Positions 29,339-40,300 of a stretch of 64,000 nucleotides of DNA are shown here, in pieces. This stretch comes from Gemmatimonadota bacterium (GTDB taxonomy: Bacteria; Gemmatimonadota; Gemmatimonadetes; Palauibacterales; KS3-K002). The notes beneath the pieces are model-generated. The model was given only the letters and a program-made list of their open reading frames with translations. It was not told the origin of the DNA and did not search any database. Position 1 is the first letter of the stretch, and the number at the start of each line of letters is the position of its first letter. The DNA lies in assembly GCA_039586795.1 (NCBI GenBank), contig JBDHJS010000003.1:146669-210668 (forward strand), written 5' to 3'. The position numbers were made by a program, and so were the translations under genes.

Positions 29339-30049
29339 ATGATGCGCACTCGTACGTCGTTCACGGTTAGCCTGATTCTGATTGCCAGCTTCACGCTGGT
29401 AGCATTTGTCTTTCGGGCTCAGGCTCCCCGCTCCGGCACGCCAGCCCTTGCCGCCGCAGCGGTCGTTCAGGCCGGCGATTTCTCGCTCGACCCCGACACG
29501 CTGGTCGGTTGGTACGACGGCCCAGCACAGCCGATCTTCTTCAGCCATCGCCGACACGCCGGCGAGTACGCAATCGAGTGCCTCTACTGTCATAGCAACG
29601 CCGACAAGTCGCCTATCGCGCAAATGCCGTCCGTCGAAGCGTGCTTAGGATGCCATCGCGTGGTCCGAGCCACGAGCTCGGAGATTCAAAAACTGCGTGG
29701 CTACGAGACGAACGAGGAACCGATTCCATGGGAACGGATCTACAAGCTCTCCGACTTCGTGCAGTTCAATCACGGCCGCCACATCCTGGCTGAAGTTGAG
29801 TGTCAGGAGTGTCATGGCCAAGTCGAGGAGTACGACGTGCTCTGGCAATGGGCGCCGTTGACGATGGGCTGGTGCCTGGAATGTCATCGGCAGCCGGGCG
29901 AGGACGAAGAGAAGTTGGCAGCAGCGGCGGCCAACGCGGCGCGGTTCACCGAGGAAGGACGCGAATCACACGGGCTGTATCCGAAGTCGATCGATTCCGA
30001 CTACGGGGTGACGAAGGGTCCGATCGACTGCGCGGCTTGCCACTACTAG
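29339..30049 (+). CDS. actA: alternative complex III pentaheme cytochrome c subunit
   Basis: N-terminal TM anchor, PAQPIFFSHRRHAG, five CxxCH motifs (CLYCH, CLGCH, CQECH, CLECH, CAACH) and LTMGWC. Confidence 0.9.
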   Translation: MMRTRTSFTVSLILIASFTLVAFVFRAQAPRSGTPALAAAAVVQAGDFSLDPDTLVGWYDGPAQPIFFSHRRHAGEYAIECLYCHSNADKSPIAQMPSVEACLGCHRVVRATSSEIQKLRGYETNEEPIPWERIYKLSDFVQFNHGRHILAEVECQECHGQVEEYDVLWQWAPLTMGWCLECHRQPGEDEEKLAAAAANAARFTEEGRESHGLYPKSIDSDYGVTKGPIDCAACHY

Positions 30050-30087
30050 TGCGGCGCGCGCGATAGAGGAGCTCAGGTACAAACGAT

Positions 30088-33000
30088 ATGTCCGACATTA
30101 AACGTCGCGATTTTCTCAAGATCCTCGGCATCAGCGGCGCCGGCACCGGGCTCGTGGGTTGTTCCCAAGAGCCCGCTCAAAAGCTCATACCCTATCTCGT
30201 TCGGCCGGAAGAGATCATCCCGGGAATTCCCAACTGGTACGCCACCGTTTGCCGAGAGTGCCCGGCCGGCTGTGGAGTTCACGCGAAGGTTCGCGAAGGC
30301 CGCCCGATCAAGGTCGAAGGAAACCCCGACCATCCGGTGAACGCCGGGCGTCTCTGCGCCCGCGGCCAGGCCTCGCTGCAGGGGCTCTACAACCCCGACC
30401 GCATCCAATCGCCGTTGAGGCGAACGGAGAGCGGTGAGTTCGAGGCGATCTCCTGGGACGACGCAGAGAGCCTCGTCGCGGAGCGGTTGGCCACGCTCAG
30501 CGCCTCGGGGCAGGCCGACCGGGTTTACCTGATCAGCGATGGTGCCGTCGGCACACTCGACCGTCTGTTCGATGAATGGATGAGCGCCATCGGCTCGCCA
30601 AACCGGTTGATCCACGAGAGCTTCGACGTGGAACCACTGCGCGAAGCCAATCGGGTCACGTTCGGACTGGCGGATATCCCGCGCTACGATCTTGACGCCG
30701 CCGAGCTGGTCGTCTCGTTCGGGGCGGAGTTCCTGGAAACCTGGGTTTCGCCGGTCCAATACACGCGGCTGTTTGCGGAGTCCCATCGCTTCCGGAACGG
30801 GCAGAAGGGTCACTTCATCCACATCGGACCGCGTCTCTCACTGACCGGCGCCAACGCCGACGAGTGGGTCGCGGCGAGCCCGACGGGCGCCATGCTCGTC
30901 GCCCTCGCGATGACGCGCGTTCTAGTGACCGAGGGTCGGGCCGGCGCACGCGGCGCCGCGATCCGCCCGCTCGTCGAGGCGTTCACGGCCGAGCGGGTCG
31001 CAGAAGCGGCCGGTGTCGAAGCCGAAACCATTGAACGCCTGGCGCAGGCTTTCGCGGAGGCGCCGTCGAGCATCGCCTTGCCGCCGGGCATCGCGACCTC
31101 ACACCGGAATGCCACCGCGGCTAACGTCGCCGTCAACCTGCTCAACTATGCCGCTGGCAATCTCGGCCGCACGGTGCGTTTCGGTCCCAACGTGGTTCGG
31201 CGCCAACCGACGAATTTGGCGCGTTGGACAGAGGCTGCCGAGTCGATGCGCAGCGGAGCGGTACAGGTTGCGTTCGTGCACGGGACCGACCCGGTGCAGA
31301 CGTTGCCCGCCGCCCTCGGCATTTCGGAAGCGTTGGATAACGTCGACCTCGTCGTCAGCTTCTCGAGCTTTATGGACGAGACGACCGCTCGTGCCGACCT
31401 GATCCTCCCCGATCACACGCCGCTGGAGAGTTGGGGCGATCACGAGCCAGAGGTCGGTGTTCGCGGGCTGATGCAGCCGACTCTGAATCCAGTGTTCGAC
31501 ACAAGAGCGACGGGCGACGTCATGCTGTCCCTCGCCTCGCGCCTCGGCGGAGCGGCGGCGTCCGCGTTCTCGCACACGGACTTCGCGTCTTATCTACGCG
31601 ATACCTGGCGCGCCATCCACCGCGATCATGCTCCGCAGCAGGCGTTCGACGACTTTTGGCGAACGTCGGTTCAGAGCGGTGGCGCCTGGCGCTCTGCGGG
31701 GACGCAGGCCGTGACGCTCAATCCGGCGGTCGCCGGAGTGAACTTCGACGAACCGGCCATCGATGGTGACGCTAGCACGCCTTATACGTTGGTCGTCTAC
31801 CCGTCACCGAACCTATACGACGGGCGCGGTGCGAATCGGCCGTGGCTCCAAGAACTGCCCGACCCGGTCACAAAGGTCGTCTGGAATTCTTGGGTCGAGA
31901 TGCACCCCGCGGTTGCTGAACGGCTGGGTGTATCGAACGGAGATGTCGTCGAGATTAGCTCGCCGCACGGCTCCGTGGAAGCTCCGGTCTTCGTCTATCA
32001 CGGCATTCGCGAAGACACCATCGCTATCCCGATCGGTCAGGGTCACGAGCACTTCGGACGCTGGGCGCAGGGGCGCGGCGTCAATCCGCTGGCGCTGCTA
32101 CCGGCCGCTGCCGACGAGAGCTCCGGCAGCATCGCCTGGCTCTCCACCCACGCCGCGGTTACAGCCACCGGCCGCCGGATCCAGCTCGTTGAGACCCAGG
32201 GCTCCTACGACGACCGGGGACGCGAGATTGCGGAGGTCATCAGCCTCGCAGCTGCGACTGAGGCGGAGGCGCACGCCGCTGAGGAGATCGAGGCCAATCC
32301 CGAGGAACTGGTCGAAACATCGCAGGACGCGGACCCCAAGAGCCCGTACCGCTGGGGGATGGCGATCGATCTCTCAAGCTGCATTGGCTGCTCCGCCTGT
32401 GTCACCGCCTGCTACGCAGAGAACAACATCCCGATCGTCGGTGAGGAGTTGGCGGCACAGGGTCGGGAGATGGCCTGGATCCGCGTCGAGAATTACTACG
32501 AGCACTTGCTCGAGGAAGCCGGTCATGGTGAAAGCAGCGGCGGGACGCACGGTGAAGACGCCGGCGACCCGACGCACGTCGTTCACTTGCCGATGATGTG
32601 CCAGCAGTGCGGAAACGCACCGTGCGAGCCTGTTTGTCCGGTCTACGCGACCTATCACAACCCCGAAGGACTCAACGTACAGGTCTACAACCGCTGCGTC
32701 GGCACTCGCTACTGTGCGAACAACTGCCCGTACAAGGCACGCCGCTTCGAGTGGTTCGACTACGATTTCCCGTACCCGCTGAACCTGCAGCTGAATCCTG
32801 ACGTCACGGTGCGCGAGAAGGGTGTGATGGAGAAGTGCACGTTCTGCGTGCAGCGCATCATGTCCGCGCGCGACGCCGCCGCCCACGAAGGTCGAGACGT
32901 AGCCGATGGCGAAGTGACTACGGCTTGCGCGCAGACCTGTCCCGCCGAGGCGATCGTCTTCGGTAACCTGCGCGATCCGCACAGCCGAGTTTCCAGGCTC

Positions 33001-33099
33001 ACGCGAAGCGGCCGAAGCTATCACGTGCTGGGAGAGCTGAACACACGACCCGCGATCACCTACCTGAAGGATGTCTCGCGGGGCACGGAGGAGGCATAG
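30088..33099 (+). CDS. actB: alternative complex III ActB (molybdopterin-oxidoreductase-like domain fused to Fe-S domain)
   Basis: Tat signal RRDFLK with lipobox-like LVGC, REGRPIKVEGNPDHP, NRPWLQELPDP, CIGCSACVTAC, CQQCGNAPCEPVCP, RCVGTRYCANNCPY and KCTFC. Confidence 0.93.
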   Translation: MSDIKRRDFLKILGISGAGTGLVGCSQEPAQKLIPYLVRPEEIIPGIPNWYATVCRECPAGCGVHAKVREGRPIKVEGNPDHPVNAGRLCARGQASLQGLYNPDRIQSPLRRTESGEFEAISWDDAESLVAERLATLSASGQADRVYLISDGAVGTLDRLFDEWMSAIGSPNRLIHESFDVEPLREANRVTFGLADIPRYDLDAAELVVSFGAEFLETWVSPVQYTRLFAESHRFRNGQKGHFIHIGPRLSLTGANADEWVAASPTGAMLVALAMTRVLVTEGRAGARGAAIRPLVEAFTAERVAEAAGVEAETIERLAQAFAEAPSSIALPPGIATSHRNATAANVAVNLLNYAAGNLGRTVRFGPNVVRRQPTNLARWTEAAESMRSGAVQVAFVHGTDPVQTLPAALGISEALDNVDLVVSFSSFMDETTARADLILPDHTPLESWGDHEPEVGVRGLMQPTLNPVFDTRATGDVMLSLASRLGGAAASAFSHTDFASYLRDTWRAIHRDHAPQQAFDDFWRTSVQSGGAWRSAGTQAVTLNPAVAGVNFDEPAIDGDASTPYTLVVYPSPNLYDGRGANRPWLQELPDPVTKVVWNSWVEMHPAVAERLGVSNGDVVEISSPHGSVEAPVFVYHGIREDTIAIPIGQGHEHFGRWAQGRGVNPLALLPAAADESSGSIAWLSTHAAVTATGRRIQLVETQGSYDDRGREIAEVISLAAATEAEAHAAEEIEANPEELVETSQDADPKSPYRWGMAIDLSSCIGCSACVTACYAENNIPIVGEELAAQGREMAWIRVENYYEHLLEEAGHGESSGGTHGEDAGDPTHVVHLPMMCQQCGNAPCEPVCPVYATYHNPEGLNVQVYNRCVGTRYCANNCPYKARRFEWFDYDFPYPLNLQLNPDVTVREKGVMEKCTFCVQRIMSARDAAAHEGRDVADGEVTTACAQTCPAEAIVFGNLRDPHSRVSRLTRSGRSYHVLGELNTRPAITYLKDVSRGTEEA

Positions 33100-34476
33100 A
33101 TGGCATCGGTCGCACCGCCGGCAGGTTCCACGTTCGGGAGAGTAAGCCGCGATATCATCGGGGCGCTCTGGGGGGCCGATTGGCGCTACAAGACCCTGAT
33201 GGCCGTACTGATCCTCATCCTGAGCTGGGCCGGCTTCGCCTGGGTCTATCAGATCAAATACGGGATGGGGACCGCAGGGATCACCCACCCGGTGATGTGG
33301 GGCGTCTACATCACAAATTTCGTCTTCTGGGTCGGCATCGCCCACTCCGGCACGCTGATCTCCGCGATCCTATATCTGCTACGCTCCGGCTGGCGCACCA
33401 CGATCAATCGCGCCGCCGAAGCGATGACGATCTTCGCGGTAATGACCGCCGGGCTCTTCCCGCTGATTCATCTGGGACGGATCTGGTACTTCTATTTCTT
33501 GGCGCCATATCCCAACCAGCGATTCCTCTGGCCGAACTTCCGTTCGCCGCTGGTCTGGGACTTCTTCGCTATCAGTACCTATTTCACGATCAGTCTGTTG
33601 TTCTGGTACTCGGGGCTGATCCCCGACATGGCGACGATAAGGGACAAGTTCCGCGGCGCCACGAGCCGTATGGCCCGGCTGAAGGAAAAGATCTACGGCA
33701 CCCTGGCCCTCGGCTGGCAGGGCAGCGATGACCAGTGGAAGAACTACCGCCGCATGTATCTGTACATGGCGGCCATTGCAACGCCGCTGGTCCTGTCGGT
33801 GCACAGTGTCGTGTCGTGGGACTTCGCGATGGCGATCACCCCCGGCTGGCACTCGACGATCTTCGCACCCTACTTCGTCGCCGGCGCCATCTTCTCCGGG
33901 ATCGCCATGGTGATCACTCTATCGATCCCGTTCCGCTGGGCGTTGGGCCTCGAGGACTACATCAACGAGTACCACTACGACAACATGGGCAAGCTCATGT
34001 TGCTCACGTCCCTGATCGTCGGCTACGCGTACGGGGCCGAGTATTTCATGACGTGGTACTCCGGCGACCCCATAGAGATGGACAGTTTCACCTGGCGAGC
34101 GATAGGAGCCTACAGGGGCCCGTTCGCTATCATGGTGACCTGCAACGTCCTGATTCCGTTGTTGCTCTTTTCACGGCGGATCCGCCGGAACATCAAAGTG
34201 ATGTTCGTCATCTCGGTGTTCGTGAACATCGGAATGTGGTACGAGCGATTCGTGATCATCGTCACCTCGCTGGCACACGAGTACTTGCCCGGGGCCTGGG
34301 GGCTTTACACTCCGTCCTGGGTAGAGTTGTCGATCACGGTTGGCAGCTTCGCGTGGTTCCTCTTCTGGTTCATGATCTTCGCGAAGACGCTGCCCGCCAT
34401 CTCGATCACCGAGGTGAAGGAATCGATCGCCGAAGGCGTTTGGAGCCCCGGCGACAAGAAGGAAGATGCGAGCTGA
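33100..34476 (+). CDS. actC: alternative complex III ActC (NrfD/PsrC family quinol-binding membrane subunit)
   Basis: WGVYITNFVFWVGIAHSGTLISAIL, INRAAEAMT, LSVHSVVSWDFA and GWHSTIFAPYFVAGAIFSG. Confidence 0.95.
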   Translation: MASVAPPAGSTFGRVSRDIIGALWGADWRYKTLMAVLILILSWAGFAWVYQIKYGMGTAGITHPVMWGVYITNFVFWVGIAHSGTLISAILYLLRSGWRTTINRAAEAMTIFAVMTAGLFPLIHLGRIWYFYFLAPYPNQRFLWPNFRSPLVWDFFAISTYFTISLLFWYSGLIPDMATIRDKFRGATSRMARLKEKIYGTLALGWQGSDDQWKNYRRMYLYMAAIATPLVLSVHSVVSWDFAMAITPGWHSTIFAPYFVAGAIFSGIAMVITLSIPFRWALGLEDYINEYHYDNMGKLMLLTSLIVGYAYGAEYFMTWYSGDPIEMDSFTWRAIGAYRGPFAIMVTCNVLIPLLLFSRRIRRNIKVMFVISVFVNIGMWYERFVIIVTSLAHEYLPGAWGLYTPSWVELSITVGSFAWFLFWFMIFAKTLPAISITEVKESIAEGVWSPGDKKEDAS

Positions 34477-34987
34477 CATGCAGGCGCTAGTTGCGGTAAC
34501 CGCCACGTTCGACGATATCCACACCGTCGTCGGGTCTGTCCGCTCGATACGCGCGGAGGGCTGTCAGGAGATACAGGTCTATGGGCCGATCATGGAACAG
34601 GAGCTCGAGGACGCGATCGGCAAGCCACCTAGCCCGGTGCGTCGTTACGCTCTAATCGGCGGAATCACCGGCTGTATTTGCGGGTTCGCCCTGACGATCT
34701 GGTCCTCGTTCTACTACCCCCTCGTCGTCGGCGGCAAGAACCTTGAATCGATCCCGGCCTATGTGGTCATCGGTTTCGAAATGACCATCCTGTTCGCCGG
34801 TATATCGGCGCTCATCGGCATGCTGATCCACAACCGCATGCCGGCGCGCAAGCTCTCGCACGCTCACAAGACCGGCTACAGCGACGATATGTTCGGCGTT
34901 CGCGTCATCTGCGACCCGGGCCGCGCGTCCAAGGTCGAGGAGATGCTGCGCAGTTACGGGCCCAACGAGGTGTATGTTGAGAAGTAG
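34466..34987 (+). CDS. actD: alternative complex III ActD (DUF3341)
   Basis: Two TM helices, YPLVVGGK and FEMTILF, located between actC and actE. Confidence 0.88.
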   Translation: MRADMQALVAVTATFDDIHTVVGSVRSIRAEGCQEIQVYGPIMEQELEDAIGKPPSPVRRYALIGGITGCICGFALTIWSSFYYPLVVGGKNLESIPAYVVIGFEMTILFAGISALIGMLIHNRMPARKLSHAHKTGYSDDMFGVRVICDPGRASKVEEMLRSYGPNEVYVEK

Positions 34988-35516
34988 TCGATCGTATCTG
35001 GGAACGCTCCCGATAGCGGCCGCTCTCCTGGTATTGGCCGGTTGTCGCGGCACGGAGATCGAGGACGCCATCGACAAAGTCGATTGGTTCAGCAACATGC
35101 GCGACCAGGTGGCGCTGGAGCCTTTCGAAGAACCGGCCCGCATGCCGCCTGATGGGACGATCTCCGTGGACGCCGGCGTGCCTCTCGGCAGTACCGCGGA
35201 TGATTACGACGACATCGTTAATCCCATTCCGGCGAGCGCCGAAGGTCTCGAGCGCGGTCAAGAGCTCTACGACATCTATTGCTCGGTTTGCCATGGGCCG
35301 GAAGGTTCCGGCGGCGGCAGCATCGAGGGACCGTTCCCTCGCGGATTGATCAACATGCTGACCACGCAGCGGGCGCAGGATCTTACCGACGGTTACATCT
35401 TCGGCATGATGGCCGTCGGTCGTGGACTGATGCCTAATTACCGCAGAATCACCCAGGAAGAACGCTGGATGATCGTCAACTACGTCCGGCAGCTACAGGA
35501 GCTGTACGGTGAGTAG
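34974..35516 (+). CDS. actE: alternative complex III ActE monoheme cytochrome c lipoprotein
   Basis: Lipobox LAGC, RGQELYDIYCSVCHG, GRGLMP and RWMIVNYVRQLQ. Confidence 0.9.
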   Translation: MLRSSRSYLGTLPIAAALLVLAGCRGTEIEDAIDKVDWFSNMRDQVALEPFEEPARMPPDGTISVDAGVPLGSTADDYDDIVNPIPASAEGLERGQELYDIYCSVCHGPEGSGGGSIEGPFPRGLINMLTTQRAQDLTDGYIFGMMAVGRGLMPNYRRITQEERWMIVNYVRQLQELYGE

Positions 35517-35524
35517 CTCTACAA

Positions 35525-35598
35525 CTCCTGCTCGTGCTTCTGCTCGTGCTCCTGCTCCAATAAGCGAGCACGAGCACGAGCAGGAGCAGGAGCACGAG
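35525..35598. repeat. palindromic hexamer (CTCGTG/CTCCTG vs GAGCAC/GAGCAG) repeat inside the act operon
   Basis: ctcctgctcgtgcttctgctcgtgctcctgctc-caataagc-gagcacgagcacgagcaggagcaggagcacgag. A short copy also occurs near 37329-37344. Confidence 0.8.
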
Positions 35599-35610
35599 TG
35601 AAGGTGAAGG

Positions 35611-36900
35611 ATGGCCGAAACGCACACTGAAGCGAAGGCGTACACCGACGCCGACATACTGAGCCGGGTACCCGGGCGCATCAACGGCCGGTTGTTCATG
35701 GCCCTGGCCGCCCTGGTTGCCCTGGGACTCGTCGGATTTGTTGCCGGCCTGTTCGCCGCTCCGCAGCGCGCCTGGCAGGTGTACCTGGTTAACTTCCTCT
35801 TTTTCTCGGGGCTCGCGGCGGCCGGCGTGATCTTCGGCGCGGCGATGCAGCTGGCCAAGGGACATTGGGGGAAGTCGATGCATCGCTTCGCCCAGGGGTT
35901 CGGCGCCTTCTTGCCGGTCTCCTTTGTACTGTTCCTTGTACTCTATATGGGTAGCGATCTGATCTTCCCCTGGATCGGGCATCCTGTGAATCATGAAGGG
36001 CATCCGTTGCCCGCCATCTGGTTCAGTGTCGGCAATCTGTTCTTGCGGGGAGCGGTCTTTCTTGCCCTGTTCTACGCTCTCTGCTTCGCCTTCATGTATT
36101 TCACGCTGCGACCGGACATGCCTCTTGTTGCAGGGCAGCTGAGCGGTTGGCGCCGCCGGCTGGTCGACTGGATTGGCCGCAACCACCAGGGCGGCGATGA
36201 CGAGGCTTCTCGCTCGCGCCGAGTGTTGGTGCGCCTTGCGCCGATCGTTGCTCTGGCCTATGTGGTCGTGCTAAGCGGGATGGCCATCGATCTCATCATG
36301 TCGCTCGCGCCCGGCTGGCTATCGGTACTCTACCCGGCCTACTTCTTCATCGGTGCCTGGCTCTCGGCACTGGCCGGCACGGCGCTGATGGCGGCTCTCT
36401 TTCGCAAGTACAACAGCTTCGACGTATTCGAGTCGAACCAGTGGCATGATCTCGGCAAGCTGATCTTCGCGTTCTGTGTCTTCTGGGCCTACCTCTGGTT
36501 CTCTCAGTTCCTGCCCATCTGGTACGGTAACCTCCCGAGAGAGACGTTCTTCCTGGAGGTTCGCACAGAGCCGCCCTGGCTTGTTGTCTCGATCGCGTTC
36601 TTCGTTCTCGTCTTTTTGATTCCGTTCGTTTTGCTGCTATGGCAGAAGGTGAAGACGGTCCCCGGCTACCTGGCATCGGTGGCAGTGGTCGTAATGGCGG
36701 GGCTGTGGCTACAGCGTTTCAATGAGGTGATCGCGTCGATCTGGGCGGAAGGAGTTCCGTTTGGCTGGATCGAGTTGCTAATCACGCTTGGGTTTGTCGG
36801 CGCCTTCGGCCTCTGCTACGCGCTTTACGCTTCGACGTTCCCGATGGTGCCGCTGCGGGAGAGCCTGATCATCGGCTCAGCTCGCAAAGGGCCGTACTAG
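35611..36900 (+). CDS. actF: alternative complex III ActF membrane subunit
   Basis: About 10 TM helices, IDLIMSLAPGWLS and HDLGKLIFAFCVFWAYLWFSQFLPIWYGNLPRE. Confidence 0.9.
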   Translation: MAETHTEAKAYTDADILSRVPGRINGRLFMALAALVALGLVGFVAGLFAAPQRAWQVYLVNFLFFSGLAAAGVIFGAAMQLAKGHWGKSMHRFAQGFGAFLPVSFVLFLVLYMGSDLIFPWIGHPVNHEGHPLPAIWFSVGNLFLRGAVFLALFYALCFAFMYFTLRPDMPLVAGQLSGWRRRLVDWIGRNHQGGDDEASRSRRVLVRLAPIVALAYVVVLSGMAIDLIMSLAPGWLSVLYPAYFFIGAWLSALAGTALMAALFRKYNSFDVFESNQWHDLGKLIFAFCVFWAYLWFSQFLPIWYGNLPRETFFLEVRTEPPWLVVSIAFFVLVFLIPFVLLLWQKVKTVPGYLASVAVVVMAGLWLQRFNEVIASIWAEGVPFGWIELLITLGFVGAFGLCYALYASTFPMVPLRESLIIGSARKGPY

Positions 36901-36918
36901 AAGAGGGATTGTTTCTTG

Positions 36919-37293
36919 ATGAGGCAGTCAAATCCGCTGGTCGAGATCCACTTCGCGCTCTGGGGTGTCCTTTCCGTGCCCCTCGGATTCGCAGGCATGT
37001 TCTTCTTGATCCCCGGGTTGCTGCTCGTCGAGGGATTCACCCTCCAGGCGATCGCCGGAACCATTCTCGTGTACGTCGCGCAGTTGACGCGATGGAAGCG
37101 CATGGCCTGGATGTTCGGTTTACTTCTGCACGCCGGCCTGCTGGTGGCGGCGATCTTCTACGTCCCACGGTGGCCGTTGTTGCTCGGCATACCATTGGCC
37201 GTCCTGAATCTGTACTCGCTTATCGTTCTGCTTGTCTATCGGCGGATGTGGAGCGGCGAGGAGAGCGCACGACTCGAGGCTCTGCTGGCGTAG
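36919..37293 (+). CDS. small hypothetical membrane protein
   Basis: Four hydrophobic segments with an RBS-like AGAGGG upstream, directly after actF. Confidence 0.7.
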   Translation: MRQSNPLVEIHFALWGVLSVPLGFAGMFFLIPGLLLVEGFTLQAIAGTILVYVAQLTRWKRMAWMFGLLLHAGLLVAAIFYVPRWPLLLGIPLAVLNLYSLIVLLVYRRMWSGEESARLEALLA

Positions 37294-37347
37294 GTTCGAC
37301 CACCATTACCAAAAAGCCATCCTCCAGCCTCCTGCTCGTGCTCGCCG

Positions 37348-40300
37348 CTATACCGAGAAGTACTTGGCCTCAGGGTGGTGAACCACTAGCGCCGCCGTCG
37401 CCAATTCCGGTATCAACGCCCCCGCCTCGGTAAGATCCATCCCCAGCTTCTCCCGCGCTGCTAGTAGCTCGAAGACGATGCTATGCTGACGGTGGTCGGG
37501 ACAGGCGCCGTAGCCCCACGAGTAGCGCAGCCCGCGTTCAGGGTCGATCCCCAACTCCTTCCGAATCACACGGTGAACGTACTCTGCTCCTGCCTCCGCG
37601 AGGCGTACACCGAAACCGTGCAGGTAGTAGCCTTCAGAATAGTCACCTGACTTCATCAACTTCTCGGATTTCTCCAGCAACTCATCGCCCACGGTAACGA
37701 TCTGAAAGGCGACGACGTCCCTAGCGTCGTTCTCAGCCGGGGCAAAGTAGTCCGCCAGGCTCAGCTTGTCGTATTCCTTTTGCCGCGGGAATGGGAAGCG
37801 GGCGATCTCCCGCTCGAAATCGCTGGGATCGTAGACGACCAGGTCGTCACGGTCGGAGGCCGCTGGGAAGAATCCATAAGCGGCTTGAGGCCGAAGCCAC
37901 CCCCCCGCCAGCGCCTCCTGCTTGTAACGCTCCAAGCGGGGCTCGAATTCCTCACCGAGCAGACGCTGCCATTCCTCGCCCTTGGCATTCTTCGCACCCC
38001 AGTGGAGGCGGTACAGAGTGTTCAAGTCGATGAGCGGGAACAGGTCGGCAAGCGGCAGCCGTTCAAGCTGCTTGACCCCCCAGAACGCTGGTAGGGGGAT
38101 CGTGACTTCCCGCGTTAGACCCGTTGAGCCTGCGAGGCCGGCTCGACGGGCCTTCGCCACTTCCTGAAGAGCCTCGCGTCGCGCGACGCCTTCCCTGATC
38201 TCCGTCTCACGGGCGCTGATGAATTCGTCACGCCCCGCTTCGTCGGTCAGAGCATCCACCGCGGACAACCCGGCAAACGCGTCCTTGCAGTAGAAGAGCC
38301 CCGACGGATAGACTGTTTCCTTCGCCTCATCGACGAACGCGGCATTGCGGACGAATGACGGGTTGATCGCCGCACCGCCTACCAGCACCGGATAGTCCAA
38401 CCCACGCGAATGCAGCTCCTGCACGCACAAGGGCATCTGCTTCGAAGTGGAGACCAGAAGTGCTGAAAGGCCGATGGCGTCCGCACCCACCTCTTGGGCT
38501 TTCTCGATGATGTTGTTGACCGGAACCTGTTTGCCCAGGTCGTACACCGAGTATCCGTTATTCGTCAGAATCGTGCCGACCAGGTTCTTGCCGATGTCGT
38601 GCACGTCTCCGTACACGGTGGCGAGCACGACCTTCCCTTTTGTCGTACCCTCGAGTTGATCGAGGTAAGTCTCCAGCCGAGCGACCGCCTTCTTCATCAC
38701 TTCGGCAGACTGTAAGACAAACGGGAGAATCAGTTCCCCAGCGCCGAACTTGTCCCCGACCTCTTTCATCGCCGGAAGCAGGACGTTGTTCAGCACCCAT
38801 ACCGCCGCTTCGTTGTCGCCGCCGCGTTGTTCGATCGACGTGTCGACGAGCTGCTCGATCCCCTCTTTCTTCCGGTGCAGGATCATCCAGTGGATCGCCT
38901 CGTCCGCCGACATGTCGGACGTCGGGTCCACCTTCTCGACCTCCTCCGCTTCATGCTCCTCGTAGTAGGCGATGAAGCGCGCCAGGGCATCCTCCCGACG
39001 ATCGAAGATCAGGTCGTCAGCCAGGGCTCTCTGTTTCTCATCGATCTCCGCGTACGGCGTGATGTGAGCCGCGTTGACGATCGCCATATCGAGGCCCGCC
39101 TCCACGCAGTGATGCATGAACACGGAATTTAGGACCGCGCGTGCATGGGGCCTGAGCCCGAACGACACGTTCGAGACGCCAAGGCTGGTGAGAACGCCGG
39201 GAAGCTCGCGCTTGATCTTGCGGATCCCCTCGATCGTCTCGATCGCGGACTTTCTGAACTCCTCGTCACCGGTGGCGAGCGTGAACGTGAGATCATCAAA
39301 GATCAGATCGGCCGAGCGTATGCCGTACTCGTCGACGCAGATGTCGTGGATGCGCCGAGCGATCTCCAGTTTGCGCTCAGCCGTCTTCGCCATTCCCGTC
39401 TCGTCTATCGTCAGCGCAATCAATGCCGCGCCGTGCTCTACCGCGTGCGGCAGCACAGCGTCGATCCGGTCGCGGCCGCTCTCGAGGTTGATCGAGTTGA
39501 TGACCGCTCGCCCCGGGTTCTGCTTGAGCGCCGCTTCGACTACGTCAACCTCCGTCGTATCTATAACGAGCGGCGCCGCGACTCCCTGCGCCAGCAGCTT
39601 GACCAGGGTTCGCATCTGCTCCGCCTCGTCCTGCCGCTCGGTGAGGGCCGTGCAAACGTCCAGCAGGTGGGCGCCGCCTTCGACCTGATCTCTCGCGACG
39701 CCGAGGATGTCGTCGTATCGGTCTTCGAGTAGCAGCTGTTTCACCGCTCTCGAGCCCTGACTGTTCACTCGTTCACCGATGATCGTCGGCGCCGGGTTCT
39801 GCGCCATGTCGAACGCCTCCATGGCACTCGACACGCGTGGGACATCGGCCACTTCCCGCCCACCGGGCTCCGATCCCCACACGCGATCGACCACAGCCTT
39901 CAGGTGATCCGGAGTCGTCCCGCAGCATCCGCCCACGATGTTGACGCCGATACGGCTCACGAATTCGTCGTGCGCCGCCGCAAGTTCCTCAGGCGTCAGG
40001 CCGTAGACCGCTACGCCGTCCACATTGTGAGGGATCCCCGCGTTGGGGATTACGCTCACCGGCAGATTCGTGTTGCCGCACAGGAAGCGGATCGGCTGCC
40101 TCATGTGCTCCGGGCCCGTCGAACAGTTGAGCCCGATGGCGTCGACGCCCACGGCCTCGAGAGTGACCAGCGCAGCCTCGACGTTCGTCCCCAACAGCAT
40201 GCGGCCCGACGTATCGAGCGTCGGTTGGACCTGGATTGGCAACCAACTTCCCGTGTCCTTCATCGCTCGCCGGCACCCGGTCACGGCAGCCCTGAGCTCG

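Noticed and set aside
28571..29623. 350-aa minus-strand ORF
   Set aside because: It overlaps two better-supported plus-strand genes and has Arg/Pro-rich shadow composition.
30088..33099. Catalytic molybdoenzyme (formate dehydrogenase or nitrate reductase)
   Set aside because: The fused Fe-S domain and the actA/C/D/E/F context identify it as ActB.
32374..33345. 323-aa minus-strand ORF
   Set aside because: It is antisense to the actB/actC conserved motifs.
35525..35598. Possible CRISPR array
   Set aside because: The units are 6 nt with no unique spacers, and there are no cas genes in the window.
35476..35858. ORFs with poly-(SC) or poly-L tracts
   Set aside because: They are artefacts of the hexamer palindrome between actE and actF.
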